Assembly: GCA_017960565.1 (NCBI GenBank)
Contig: JAGCYY010000004.1
Location: forward strand, 1 to 62,393
Direction: 5' to 3'
Origin: a bacterium
GTDB lineage: Bacteria; Bacillota_I; Bacilli_A; Izemoplasmatales; UBA1188
DNA: 62,393 nt
How positions within the stretch are numbered: the first letter of the stretch is position 1; each line of letters opens with the position of its first letter. The notes beneath the pieces are model-generated. The model had not been told where the DNA came from, made no database searches, and was given only the letters and a program-made list of their open reading frames with translations. The position numbers were made by a program, and so were the translations under genes. Positions 1 through 9,617 of this stretch are shown here, in pieces.

Positions 1-781
1 AAATAATCGTACTTTTATAGACTATTTGAGCTTTCGTATGAACTTCCCAGGTTTATATGCATCTCAAATAGATTTCCTTGGAACCATTAAATCTGATTCC
101 AAAGATATTTTATCATTAATTATACCAGAACTCCACTTTCCTTTGTTAAAACTATTTAATAAACCTGATCAAAATAAACTAAAAGAATTTATAGATTCAT
201 TAGAAATAGCTTTAGGACAAAGAGATTTTTATAAAGTATTCCCAGCTATTTTAGGAGATAGAGATCCAATATTTAATGATTTTAATTCTATAGAGAAATC
301 ATGTATAGGAAACGATGAGGATATTAGATGTTTAATGTTTTATTGTGATCCATATCAATCATCACAAAAACCATATGTTGAAAATATTAATAAACAATTG
401 AGAAAATATTTTCCAAAAGGTAGTTCAATTGATGGATTTTCTGAAGACGAGGTTAAAACAATTAATATAATATTACTAGAAAGAAAAGTGGCTTCTCTTG
501 GAGGCTTTTCACCTAAAGAAGCATTTATTAAAGTATACGGAAAAGATATTTATGAGAAGTTAGTTGAAGCTCTATAAAAGAGCGAAAAACTTCTCATAAA
601 AAGAACGCAAAACGGAAATAAGTTTGATAAACGGAATTTACTCCGTTATTTTGTCATGCATTTTTTCTCCAACTTTAACATAAATTAAAAGACTAACCTC
701 CGTATTTAAAATTATTTTCAGAAATTAGTCTGAGAATGTGGTCTTTTTTATTAAAAACGGAATTTAATTAAAAAATTCGCC
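1..781 (+). mobile_element. Right portion of an IS30-like insertion sequence, including a ~200 bp non-coding right end
   Basis: Transposase ORF followed by repeated AAACGGAAWTWA motifs (610-621, 629-640, 755-766). The right boundary near 781 is inferred because the left end is not visible. Confidence 0.6.
2..577 (+). CDS. IS30-family DDE transposase, C-terminal part (5' end lies outside the window)
   Basis: Frame is open from base 2 (NNRTFIDYLSFRM...). IS30-type catalytic region with QID...GDRD...FYCDPYQSSQKPYVENINKQLRKYFPKG and a C-terminal SLGGFSPKE motif. Confidence 0.85.
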   Translation, partial: NNRTFIDYLSFRMNFPGLYASQIDFLGTIKSDSKDILSLIIPELHFPLLKLFNKPDQNKLKEFIDSLEIALGQRDFYKVFPAILGDRDPIFNDFNSIEKSCIGNDEDIRCLMFYCDPYQSSQKPYVENINKQLRKYFPKGSSIDGFSEDEVKTINIILLERKVASLGGFSPKEAFIKVYGKDIYEKLVEAL

Positions 782-852
782 ATATTTATTTAAAATGTTT
801 TTAATTGCCCAAAAAAATAGTATAATAAACAAGTAAAATGTGAGGAATTCTT

Positions 853-1800
853 ATGGCATATGTTATTACAGGCGCGACAGGGCATATTGGAAACAATTTA
901 ATTAGAAAACTTTCAGAATTAGGAGAAGATGTCAAGATAGTTGTTCGGAAGAAGACTGACTATATCAAAGATTTAAATATAGAAATCATAGAAGGGTCTT
1001 TTTTAGATGAAGTTCTTATGAATGACATCATCGCTCCAGGTGATTATGTAATACATCTTGCTGCATATATAAATTTAGTCAATAAAGACTGGAACACTTT
1101 TTATGATGTAAACATCAAGGGAACAGTTAGTCTTGCTGAAATATCATATAAAAAACATGTGAAGAAATTTTTATATGCATCTTCTACAGAGGCACTATCA
1201 AAGCCAAATAGAGGTGCTATTTTAGAACCAGCTCACACTATCGATACCTCAAAATTTAAATCATATTATTCAATTAGTAAAGCAGAAGCCACAAATTATC
1301 TTTTAAATTTTAAAGAAAAACATCCAGATTTTAATCTCGCAATCGTTTATCCTGGATGTGTTGTAGGAATAAACGATTATAAGCCATCAGAAATCGGTAA
1401 AGTATTTATTGACTGCTTAAAAGGCAAAATGGAATTCACAATAAGAGGCCATTATAGTTTTGTCAATGTTAAAGACATCGTTTCTGCAATAATAAATATC
1501 TGTAAATTTGACAAACAAGGAAGTTTCTTACTAACAGGCACAAATAAGTCGGTAATGGAATTATATGAATCAATTAATAGAATCCTTGAAAACAATAAAA
1601 AACCACATAGAATTCCAAGATTTTTAGCGTATATGGCTATTCCATTTGTAAAATATTTATCTAAAACTGCTTTAGATATTTTAATGGAAAACGATGATTA
1701 TAGAATTGATAAGGCCAAGAGTGAACTAAACTATAATCTAACCGATTTTGATTTAACTATCAAAGAAACCCTTGAGTGGTTTCGAGATTATTATTTATAA
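853..1800 (+). CDS. NAD-dependent epimerase/dehydratase (extended SDR, dihydroflavonol reductase-like)
   Basis: N-terminal ITGATGHIG Rossmann motif, HLAA, YxxxK (YSISK); SD GAGG upstream. Confidence 0.85.
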   Translation: MAYVITGATGHIGNNLIRKLSELGEDVKIVVRKKTDYIKDLNIEIIEGSFLDEVLMNDIIAPGDYVIHLAAYINLVNKDWNTFYDVNIKGTVSLAEISYKKHVKKFLYASSTEALSKPNRGAILEPAHTIDTSKFKSYYSISKAEATNYLLNFKEKHPDFNLAIVYPGCVVGINDYKPSEIGKVFIDCLKGKMEFTIRGHYSFVNVKDIVSAIINICKFDKQGSFLLTGTNKSVMELYESINRILENNKKPHRIPRFLAYMAIPFVKYLSKTALDILMENDDYRIDKAKSELNYNLTDFDLTIKETLEWFRDYYL

Positions 1801-1829
1801 TTGATAAATAATCTTTTTTATTGTAGAAT
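1801..1829 (+). promoter_or_regulatory. Putative sigma70 promoter for the 1864-4283 genes
   Basis: TTGATA (1801-1806), 17 bp spacer, TAGAAT (1824-1829). Confidence 0.55.
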
Positions 1830-1863
1830 ATTTTTGAGATTAAAATAAGGAAAAATTATTTTC

Positions 1864-3546
1864 ATGATTGAAAAAGTAATTAAAGAAAATCCATATCTTT
1901 TTAGAGAAATGCAAGGCGAAGAAAACATAGTCGTTTTCTTTATTTATGACATTTATTCTCTCAAAAAAACATATCCTGATATGGCAAAATTTTCTTTTGC
2001 TCAATTTTTAACTAGGTCATCGATCATTGCGAATAAAGATCAGTTCATGAAAAAACTGACAGATAGAATTCCGCAATCATTCATAAATAACGCCTATGAA
2101 AATTCGTTCAATTATATTTTTAAATTAGATTTTGATGATTTAGAAACACTCCTTATTGAACTAATAGAAGATTATCTATCTAATCAAAAAATCATCGATA
2201 TCGACGTTGAAAAACTAAACAAATATCTATTAAAAGAAGATTTAGGTCGTGTACTAATCTCATCATTAAACATTAAAAAATTCCTTTATGATGGAACTAC
2301 GAATGTATCTCATGTAACCTATGATTTTTATGATGAAAACATAAATATCCTCGCTGAAATTATTTTCAGAATCAAAAATATTCCACACGAATATTTCAAT
2401 ACGACAACACGCGAAATGCCATCTGATGTTAAATTTGATACTATTCTCTATTTCCCTCCATACAAATTTCCAAACATCATGAATGAAATTGCGAGAAGAG
2501 AAAAATTATCTCAATATGGTTCTGTCTCTTTCGAGTATAGAATGATCGGCAAGCACATTCAGCACCTCCTTCCAGGTGGCGATATGTTAGTGCTAGTATC
2601 TACTGGTATATTAAATAAGACAGCAGATACCTATTATAAAAGAAGAATACTTCAAAGAGGAATGCTCAAACTCATCATTGAACTTCCAAGACTGCAGATT
2701 ATTCCATTCCCACTTTCGATGGCTCTTCTAAAAGAAACAGATGAAAAAGATGTAATTATATCAGATGCTAGAAAATTTGCTCAAAACATAAGACGCGGTA
2801 TCAATTTTGATAGTGAAAAGATAATAAGAGCTCTATCTGGGCAGATTGAAGGTGCTGTCGCTCTTATGAGCTATGAATATATTGAAAATCATGACTATGA
2901 CATCACGCCTCATAGATTCATGGAATCGATACAGACAAATTTCATAAATCCAACACCACTTAAAGATGTCACAGAGGCAATATTTAGAGGGTTCCAAATA
3001 CCATCAGATCTTTTAGATGAATGCTTAAGCATAGAAAAGACTAGAATTAAACTATTAACTCTTTCCGATATTGAAGATGGTTTTGTTATAAAAGAATCAC
3101 TCCAGTCACTTAAAATTGTCGACAAGAGAATGAATCATTACACTTTGAAAGATGGCGATCTAGTGATAAGTTGTAAAGGCAAAGCCTTTAAAACCGCTGT
3201 CATCAATATCCCATATAACGAGACTTATGTATCTACAGGATCACTAATTGTCATCAGAGTTAATAATGAAGTTCTCGATCCAACATATCTTAAAATATTC
3301 TTAGATTCTACGACAGGTATTGAAGCACTAAGAAGCATTCAAACAGGAGCTTCAATTTTATCTTTAAATCCGACAAAGCTTCAAAATCTTTTGATTCCTC
3401 TCCCAACTCTTTCTCGCCAGACAACTATCTCATCTAGTTATAAATTCAAACTCCAAAACATCCAAGAAGTAAAAGATGTTGAAAAGAAGATGAGAGAAGG
3501 TTTTGAAAAGAAATTCAAAGAAAATTTCTTATCTCTCCTAGTTTAA
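1864..3546 (+). CDS. Degenerate N6-adenine methyltransferase (HsdM-like) domain fused to a type I R-M specificity (HsdS TRD-like) domain
   Basis: FDTILYFPPY sits at the NPPY motif IV position, followed by LLPGG..LVLV..GIL and IIELP. C-terminal HsdS-like motifs: LKDVTEAIFRG, LKDGDLVIS, LDPTYLKIFLDS, IPLPTLSRQ. Confidence 0.7.
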   Translation: MIEKVIKENPYLFREMQGEENIVVFFIYDIYSLKKTYPDMAKFSFAQFLTRSSIIANKDQFMKKLTDRIPQSFINNAYENSFNYIFKLDFDDLETLLIELIEDYLSNQKIIDIDVEKLNKYLLKEDLGRVLISSLNIKKFLYDGTTNVSHVTYDFYDENINILAEIIFRIKNIPHEYFNTTTREMPSDVKFDTILYFPPYKFPNIMNEIARREKLSQYGSVSFEYRMIGKHIQHLLPGGDMLVLVSTGILNKTADTYYKRRILQRGMLKLIIELPRLQIIPFPLSMALLKETDEKDVIISDARKFAQNIRRGINFDSEKIIRALSGQIEGAVALMSYEYIENHDYDITPHRFMESIQTNFINPTPLKDVTEAIFRGFQIPSDLLDECLSIEKTRIKLLTLSDIEDGFVIKESLQSLKIVDKRMNHYTLKDGDLVISCKGKAFKTAVINIPYNETYVSTGSLIVIRVNNEVLDPTYLKIFLDSTTGIEALRSIQTGASILSLNPTKLQNLLIPLPTLSRQTTISSSYKFKLQNIQEVKDVEKKMREGFEKKFKENFLSLLV

Positions 3547-3548
3547 TT

Positions 3549-4283
3549 ATGGAAGAAAGATTACAAAAATATTTAAGTCAATCGGGCATCTCTTCAAGAA
3601 GAGAAGCTGAAGAGATGATAAAAAGAGGCGAAGTTAAAGTTAATGGTGTAGTAATAACTGAACTTGGATATAAAGTTAATAGCGAAGATATTATAGAAGT
3701 GCTTGGTGAAAGAATCACCAAACAAGAAAACAAAGTTTATTATATGTTAAATAAACCGACTGGATATATCTCATCTACCAAAGACGAAAATGGAAGAAAA
3801 ACCATCATCTCTCTTATGAAATATGTCGATCAAAGAATATATCCTGTTGGAAGACTTGATTATGATACAAGCGGTCTTATTCTTTTAACTAATGATTCAT
3901 CTTTTAAAGAGATGATAGAATCTCCAACTATCGGAATAGAAAAAGAATATCACGTAAAAGTTGATGGATTGTTAAGGAAGATAGAATCTAAAAGGTTAGA
4001 AAAAGGAATCGATCTTGGCGATTATAAAACAAAACCAGCTAAAATCTTGAATGTTAAATATAATGATGAGCTAACTTCAACTACACTCGACATCATCATA
4101 AAAGAAGGTAAAAATCGTGAAGTTCGTAATCTCTTTTCATCAGTTAATCATAAAGTTAAATCTCTTAAGAGAACGAGAATAGGCAACTTAAGACTAGATG
4201 TTCCAAACGGAACATATAGGCCATTAAAACCTCATGAGGTTAAACTTTTAAAACTATTAGCTTTAGGAAAAATCAAGAAGTAA
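3549..4283 (+). CDS. rluB: 23S rRNA pseudouridine synthase (RluB/RsuA family)
   Basis: S4 domain ERLQKYLS..SRREAE, LNKPTGY, catalytic GRLDYDTSG; adjacent to cmk. Confidence 0.9.
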   Translation: MEERLQKYLSQSGISSRREAEEMIKRGEVKVNGVVITELGYKVNSEDIIEVLGERITKQENKVYYMLNKPTGYISSTKDENGRKTIISLMKYVDQRIYPVGRLDYDTSGLILLTNDSSFKEMIESPTIGIEKEYHVKVDGLLRKIESKRLEKGIDLGDYKTKPAKILNVKYNDELTSTTLDIIIKEGKNREVRNLFSSVNHKVKSLKRTRIGNLRLDVPNGTYRPLKPHEVKLLKLLALGKIKK

Positions 4284-4365
4284 TACACATTTGCTTGATT
4301 ATTAAAAAGAAAAAATAGTATATTTTTTAAGATTATGATATAATATCGTTTTAGAAAGGAATAAT

Positions 4366-5031
4366 ATGAAGTATAGGGCAATCGCAATAGATGGTCCTGC
4401 AGGGAGTGGTAAATCTACTGTCGCTAAGATCATCGCAAAAGAACTTGGATTTACATATATTGATACAGGGGCAATGTATAGGGCTATCACTTTAAAAGCC
4501 TTAAATCTTGATATCAAAGACTTAGGTGATGAAGCGAACTATGACTTCATAAATTCTACAACTCTTGATTTCATCGATTCTAAAATGACAATGGATGGAA
4601 TCGATGTATCAAAAGAGATCAGAACTGAAGAAATTGTAAAACATGTATCTTTGGTTTCATCCCTAAAATATGTTAGAGATGCACTAGTAAGTGCCCAAAG
4701 AGAAATGGCTAAAAAAACTAACGTAGTTATGGATGGAAGAGACATTGGAACCAATGTCTTAGTAGATGCTGATCTCAAAATCTTTTTAACTGCTACAGTC
4801 GATGTGAGGGCAGAAAGAAGGTATCTTGAACAGATTCAAAAAGGCATTAGCAATATGACTTTTGAAGAAGTTAAAGCTGATTTAATAAGAAGAGACACCT
4901 ATGATTCGACAAGAAAACATAATCCACTAAGAAAAGCTATAGATGCTATCGAACTTGATACATCTGGCTTGACTATAGAAGAAGTAGTAAACAAAATAAC
5001 GCATTTATTTAAGGAGCTTAAACATGAGTAA
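4366..5031 (+). CDS. cmk: Cytidylate kinase
   Basis: IAIDGPAGSGKST, YIDTGAMYRA, VMDGRDIGT. Confidence 0.97.
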   Translation: MKYRAIAIDGPAGSGKSTVAKIIAKELGFTYIDTGAMYRAITLKALNLDIKDLGDEANYDFINSTTLDFIDSKMTMDGIDVSKEIRTEEIVKHVSLVSSLKYVRDALVSAQREMAKKTNVVMDGRDIGTNVLVDADLKIFLTATVDVRAERRYLEQIQKGISNMTFEEVKADLIRRDTYDSTRKHNPLRKAIDAIELDTSGLTIEEVVNKITHLFKELKHE

Positions 5032-6376
5032 TTTAAGAGTTGGTAACATCGTTACTGGAAAAGTCATCGTAGTTGAGGATAACCTCGCATACATTGGCGT
5101 TGGAGGAAAATCTGAGGGTCGTATGTATTTAGAGTACTTTACATCTAACAAAGAAGTAAAGTCTTTAAAAGACATCCTAAAGGAAGGAGATCAGATTAGA
5201 GTTCAAGTATCTAAAATTACTGATGGCCTAATTCTCCTCTCTCGTTTAGAAATGGAAGAAAAAGAAAGAAGAGACAAAGTTGTTCGTAAAGTTATGAACA
5301 AAAAACCTTTCACTGCTAAAGTTACAGGCAAAAACAAAAACAATGAATATCTTCTTGAAAAAGATGGAGTTAATGTCATCCTTCCAGATAATTATGTCGA
5401 CTTAGATCCATCATTTGACAAAGATTCTATCATCGGTACTGAACAAAGAGTAGTATTTGTTAAGAGTGATATAGATGATAGAGGCAGAACAAGATTAGTC
5501 GTTTCTCGTAAACAGATTCAATACAACGAAGAAAGAAAAGCTAAAGAAGAAGAATTCGCCTCAATAAACGCTGGTGATGAACTCGAAGGAACTGTTAGTA
5601 GAATCACTGAATTTGGTGCATTCATCAAATTCAATAAGATTGAAGGCTTATGTCATCTATCTGAAATCTCTCACTATAGAACCAAAGATCCAAACGAATT
5701 CTTAACAGTAGGCCAAACTGTTAAAGTTAAAGTTTTAAAGAAAGGCGAAACAAAGATTCATTTATCTATTAAAGCACTTGAAAAAACTCCATGGGAACTA
5801 TTCTGTGAATCTCATAAAGTTGGAGACATCTTAAATTGCACAATCGTTAAGAAGAGCGATAAATATATGTTATGTTCTCCTGAAAGAGATATTATGGGTA
5901 TTTTAAATCAAAGTGATTATTCATGGAATATCGATGACAACTTCGCTGGAACTGTAGTAGAAGGCGATAAAGTTGATCTTCAAATCACATATATGGATAA
6001 AGAAAAGAATAGAATGACTTTATCTAAGAAACATCTAGAATATAATCCATGGCAAGATGTTCATCTAAGACCTCATGAAATTGTATCAGGCGTTGTAGAT
6101 AGATTCACAAACACTGGTGCAATCATCAAAGTTGGAAATGTTGAAGGCTTCCTCTCAAATAGAGATGCTAGTGAAACAGGAAAACCTGCACAAGAAGTTT
6201 TAAAAGTTGGGGATGTAGTAAATGCTGAAGTTATGGCAGTAAATCCACAAAGATGGTTACTAACTCTCTCAATTCGTTCAATTGAAGAAGCTAAGACAAG
6301 AGAATATGTCAATAAATATATTGACCAAAACGTTTCATCTTCATCTTCAATTGAAGATTTAATTAAAGAAGAATAA
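5024..6376 (+). CDS. rpsA: 30S ribosomal protein S1 / multi-S1-domain RNA-binding protein
   Basis: Repeated S1 domains (e.g. EGTVSRITEFGAFI..EGLCHLSEIS, LSIKALEKTPW); overlaps cmk, the canonical context. Confidence 0.9.
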   Translation: MSNLRVGNIVTGKVIVVEDNLAYIGVGGKSEGRMYLEYFTSNKEVKSLKDILKEGDQIRVQVSKITDGLILLSRLEMEEKERRDKVVRKVMNKKPFTAKVTGKNKNNEYLLEKDGVNVILPDNYVDLDPSFDKDSIIGTEQRVVFVKSDIDDRGRTRLVVSRKQIQYNEERKAKEEEFASINAGDELEGTVSRITEFGAFIKFNKIEGLCHLSEISHYRTKDPNEFLTVGQTVKVKVLKKGETKIHLSIKALEKTPWELFCESHKVGDILNCTIVKKSDKYMLCSPERDIMGILNQSDYSWNIDDNFAGTVVEGDKVDLQITYMDKEKNRMTLSKKHLEYNPWQDVHLRPHEIVSGVVDRFTNTGAIIKVGNVEGFLSNRDASETGKPAQEVLKVGDVVNAEVMAVNPQRWLLTLSIRSIEEAKTREYVNKYIDQNVSSSSSIEDLIKEE

Positions 6377-6381
6377 AATAA

Positions 6382-6404
6382 AAAAGGCCCTTAGGCCTTT
6401 TCTT
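6382..6404 (+). terminator. Intrinsic terminator after rpsA
   Basis: AAAAGGCC-CTTA-GGCCTTTT hairpin with T-rich tail. Confidence 0.7.
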
Positions 6405-6426
6405 ATTCTATAGGAGAATAATAAAA

Positions 6427-7737
6427 ATGCTTCCAGTAGTCGCAATAGTCGGAAGACCAAACGTCGGTAAAAGCCAAATATTTAATAGAATTGTTGGACA
6501 ACGTCAATCAATAGTTGATGATTTTTATGGTCTTACAAGAGATAGAATCTATGGTGAAGCTGAATGGAACACAAGACGTTTTAAAATAATCGATACCGGT
6601 GGCATAGAAATCCAAAACACAACATTTCAAAAAGAGATTCAAGCTCAAGTAGAAATTGCAATTAAAGAAGCTCATGTCATCATTTTTGTTTTAGATATTA
6701 GAACTCCTATCACAGATGATGATTTAAAGATCGCAAAGCTATTAAGAGATTCTAAAAAACCAGTAGTATTAGCTCTAAATAAAGCTGATAATCAAGATTT
6801 AATCTTAAATATGTATGATTTCTATACATTAGGATTTGATGAACTATTTGCGGTATCTGGAATCCATTCTATCGGTATTGGTGATATGCTTGACGCTGTC
6901 ATATCTCATTTTCCTAAAGTAATAGATGATCCACTAAAAGATGATGATTCAATAAAAATCGCCATCATTGGAAGACCAAACGTCGGTAAATCAAGCCTAA
7001 CAAACGCTCTTTTAAATAAAGAACGTGTAATCGTATCTAATAAAGAGGGCACTACAACTGATTCAATAGATACTTCATTTATCCGTAATGACAAGAAATA
7101 TACTATAATCGATACCGCAGGAATGCGCAAAAAAGGTAAGATCTTTGAATCTATTGAAAAATATAGTGTCTTAAGAGCTTATGAAGCAATAGAACGAGCA
7201 AACATTTGTCTTATTGTAATTGATGCAGAAAGAGGTATCCTAGAAAATGATACCCATATCGCTGGATATGCTAAAGATGCTGGAAAAGGTCTAATAATCA
7301 TTGTAAACAAGTGGGATTTAATTGAGAAAGATCAAAACACAATGAATGAATGGACTAAAAAAGTTAAAGATGAATTTAGATTCATCGATTATGCTCCAAT
7401 TGTATTTGTCTCTTCTCTTACTAAACAAAGAATTTCAAATATCTTTCCAATAATAGATCAAGTATTTGAAAACATCAATAAACGTATCAAGACAGCTCTC
7501 ATCAACGATTGTATTATCGATGCAGTACTTTTAAATGAACCAAAAGAATATAAAGGTGTACAACTCAAAATCTATTATACATCACAAGTAGCTGTAAACC
7601 CTCCTACATTCGTTCTTTTTGTGAATGACACAGAATGTATCCATTTTTCATATTATCGTTATCTAGAAAATAAAATACGTGAATCATTTGATTTTACAGG
7701 CACCCCAATTAAATTAATTTTAAGAAAAAGAGAATAA
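6427..7737 (+). CDS. der: Ribosome biogenesis GTPase Der (EngA)
   Basis: Two GRPNVGKS P-loops, DTGG/DTAG, NKAD/NKWD, C-terminal KH-like domain. Confidence 0.97.
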   Translation: MLPVVAIVGRPNVGKSQIFNRIVGQRQSIVDDFYGLTRDRIYGEAEWNTRRFKIIDTGGIEIQNTTFQKEIQAQVEIAIKEAHVIIFVLDIRTPITDDDLKIAKLLRDSKKPVVLALNKADNQDLILNMYDFYTLGFDELFAVSGIHSIGIGDMLDAVISHFPKVIDDPLKDDDSIKIAIIGRPNVGKSSLTNALLNKERVIVSNKEGTTTDSIDTSFIRNDKKYTIIDTAGMRKKGKIFESIEKYSVLRAYEAIERANICLIVIDAERGILENDTHIAGYAKDAGKGLIIIVNKWDLIEKDQNTMNEWTKKVKDEFRFIDYAPIVFVSSLTKQRISNIFPIIDQVFENINKRIKTALINDCIIDAVLLNEPKEYKGVQLKIYYTSQVAVNPPTFVLFVNDTECIHFSYYRYLENKIRESFDFTGTPIKLILRKRE

Positions 7738-7741
7738 TGTA

Positions 7742-7770
7742 TTGATTTTTAGCCAAATATTATTTATAAT
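7742..7770 (+). promoter_or_regulatory. Putative promoter of hup
   Basis: TTGATT, 17 bp spacer, TATAAT; SD AAGGAG upstream of ATG 7794. Confidence 0.6.
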
Positions 7771-7793
7771 CAAATCACACAAGGAGTTTTAAT

Positions 7794-8066
7794 ATGAATA
7801 AAGTAGAAATCGTAGCTAGTTTAGCGGAAAGAACTGGTTTGACTAAGCAAGATGCTGAGTGTGCATTCGATAGTTTATTTGACATACTAATAGATTCACT
7901 TGCTGAAGGGGAAAAGGTAGTTATTTCTGGATTTGGAACTTTTGATGTGAAACAAAGAAAAGCACGTGATGGTCACGATCCAAGAAGTAATGAAAAGATT
8001 CATATCCCATCTATCAAAGCTGCTACATTTAAACCAGGAAAGGTTTTAAAAGAAAGAGTTAGATAA
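7794..8066 (+). CDS. hup: DNA-binding protein HU
   Basis: MNKVEI..., GFGTFDVKQRKARDGHDPR, FKPGKVLKE. Confidence 0.95.
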   Translation: MNKVEIVASLAERTGLTKQDAECAFDSLFDILIDSLAEGEKVVISGFGTFDVKQRKARDGHDPRSNEKIHIPSIKAATFKPGKVLKERVR

Positions 8067-8085
8067 CTTTCCAATTTGCGTTATT

Positions 8086-8120
8086 CAAAACATCACCTCA
8101 AGCGGTGATGTTTTGATTTA
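8086..8120 (+). terminator. Intrinsic terminator after hup
   Basis: CAAAACATCACC-TCAAGC-GGTGATGTTTTG, 12 bp stem. Confidence 0.8.
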
Positions 8121-8205
8121 TCTATTAAATTTTAATATAATCTAATTATCTCACATAATTTGATAACTAATATGAACAGTATATAAAAACCATAAATATA
8201 AATAA

Positions 8206-8475
8206 ATTAAAAACAAATTAGGCGATATAATAGTAAGAAACGAATCAAATCTCTATTATCTAACTAATAGATACTATAACCCTAGTATTGGATTTTTTAT
8301 TACTCCTGATAGTGTGGATTATTTAGATTCAGCAAGCATAAATGGTCTAAACCTTTATGCATACTGTATAGGCGACAAGAATTATTCTTTAAACAAAGTC
8401 TCTATGAAAAATGGTATTGACAGTATAAATAATACGTCTTATTTTAAAAAAAACAATATACAAACAATTCATTGA
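8206..8475 (+). pseudogene. Rhs repeat-associated core remnant (not in ORF track; no ATG before the motif)
   Basis: Manual translation from 8242 gives ESNLYYLTNRYYNPSIGFFITPDSVDYLDSASINGLNLYAYC, matching the Rhs core-end signature LYYLxxRYYxPxxGRFIxPD...GLNLYAYC. Stops at 8203-8205 and 8473-8475. Confidence 0.85.
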
Positions 8476-8524
8476 GCAATAATATATCAAATGTTAATTT
8501 TTCAAATAATTAAATAACTCAAAA

Positions 8525-8779
8525 ATGTTTTACATATATAGCAATCTAGGAAATGAAACATCTTCATTTGGAGTTGTTTTAAACATAGAAAAACGGGGTG
8601 GAGTAGGCGCTTATATAAGTAGTAATATAGGAATTGGAACAAAAACTCAAATTACTCCATATTTTACTATTGGTTCTGAAATAAGTTTACTGAAAGGTAT
8701 TTCTATTTCTATCGAAAAAATAACTATAAAAACAATTTTCAAAACAATAGATATTAATATTTTGAATATAAAAAATTAA
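8525..8779 (+). pseudogene. Short Gly-rich ORF, probably a fragment of the Rhs C-terminal tip and/or immunity gene
   Basis: Directly follows the Rhs core remnant in very AT-rich DNA; no SD; no recognisable family. Confidence 0.35.
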
Positions 8780-8994
8780 ATGCAAAAAATATAAGAAATC
8801 TGTTTTCTATTAGTTTTTTTATATTTATTAATGACAGGGGAGTCGTTTTTTATTCAAGATATAGAGATGAAATCAAAAAGATTCTAATAGACAATCACAT
8901 TAAGGAATTGGTTAAGTAAACAGTAGACGTAGTACTAGTTATTTAACTTATGATAATGATATAATAATAACGTATATCTATGATACGAGTTTTA

Positions 8995-9023
8995 TTGACA
9001 TAAATAAATAAAATTAGTAAAAT
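8995..9023 (+). promoter_or_regulatory. Putative promoter of efp
   Basis: TTGACA (8995-9000), 17 bp spacer, TAAAAT (9018-9023); SD GAGGT. Confidence 0.75.
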
Positions 9024-9059
9024 AATATCAATAATTATATATTAAATGAGGTAAATTTT

Positions 9060-9617
9060 ATGCCAATTGAAGCTGGAGATTTTAAAACTGGACTAACAAT
9101 TCTAATTGATGGAGAAATCTATCAAGTACTAGACTTCCTTCATGTTAAACCAGGAAAAGGAGCTGCTTTCTTAAGAACCAAACTTAAAAACTTAAGAACT
9201 GGTGGAATCATGGAAAAGAGTTTCAATACTACTACAAGATTCGATCAAGCTATCATCGAAAAAAGAGATTTACAATATTCATATAACGCAGATGGTTTTT
9301 ATTTCTTCATGGATATGGAATCATTCGAAATGTATCAATTAAGCGAAGATCAAGTGGGTTTTTCAAAAAACTTTATTGTCGATGGACAAATTGTAAGTGC
9401 TAAGTTCTTTGAAGAAGAAATCTTATCACTAGATTTACCAGAAAGGATGGCCTTAACAATTGTAGATACTACAGATGCAATTAGCGGTGCATCATCAAAT
9501 GACACTAAAGAAGCGTGGACTGAGACAGGTTTAATGGTAAGAGTACCAATGTTTATCAAAAAAGGTGATAAGATTTTAGTCTATACAGCTGATGGAAAAT
9601 ACTGGGGAAGAGCTTAA
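9060..9617 (+). CDS. efp: Elongation factor P
   Basis: HVKPGKGAAF loop, ETGLMVRVPMFI. Confidence 0.97.
   Translation: MPIEAGDFKTGLTILIDGEIYQVLDFLHVKPGKGAAFLRTKLKNLRTGGIMEKSFNTTTRFDQAIIEKRDLQYSYNADGFYFFMDMESFEMYQLSEDQVGFSKNFIVDGQIVSAKFFEEEILSLDLPERMALTIVDTTDAISGASSNDTKEAWTETGLMVRVPMFIKKGDKILVYTADGKYWGRA

Noticed and set aside
1864-3546. Functional type I or type IIG restriction-modification system
   Set aside because: No nuclease or helicase subunit nearby and the methyltransferase motifs are degenerate. Reported as a degenerate fusion instead.
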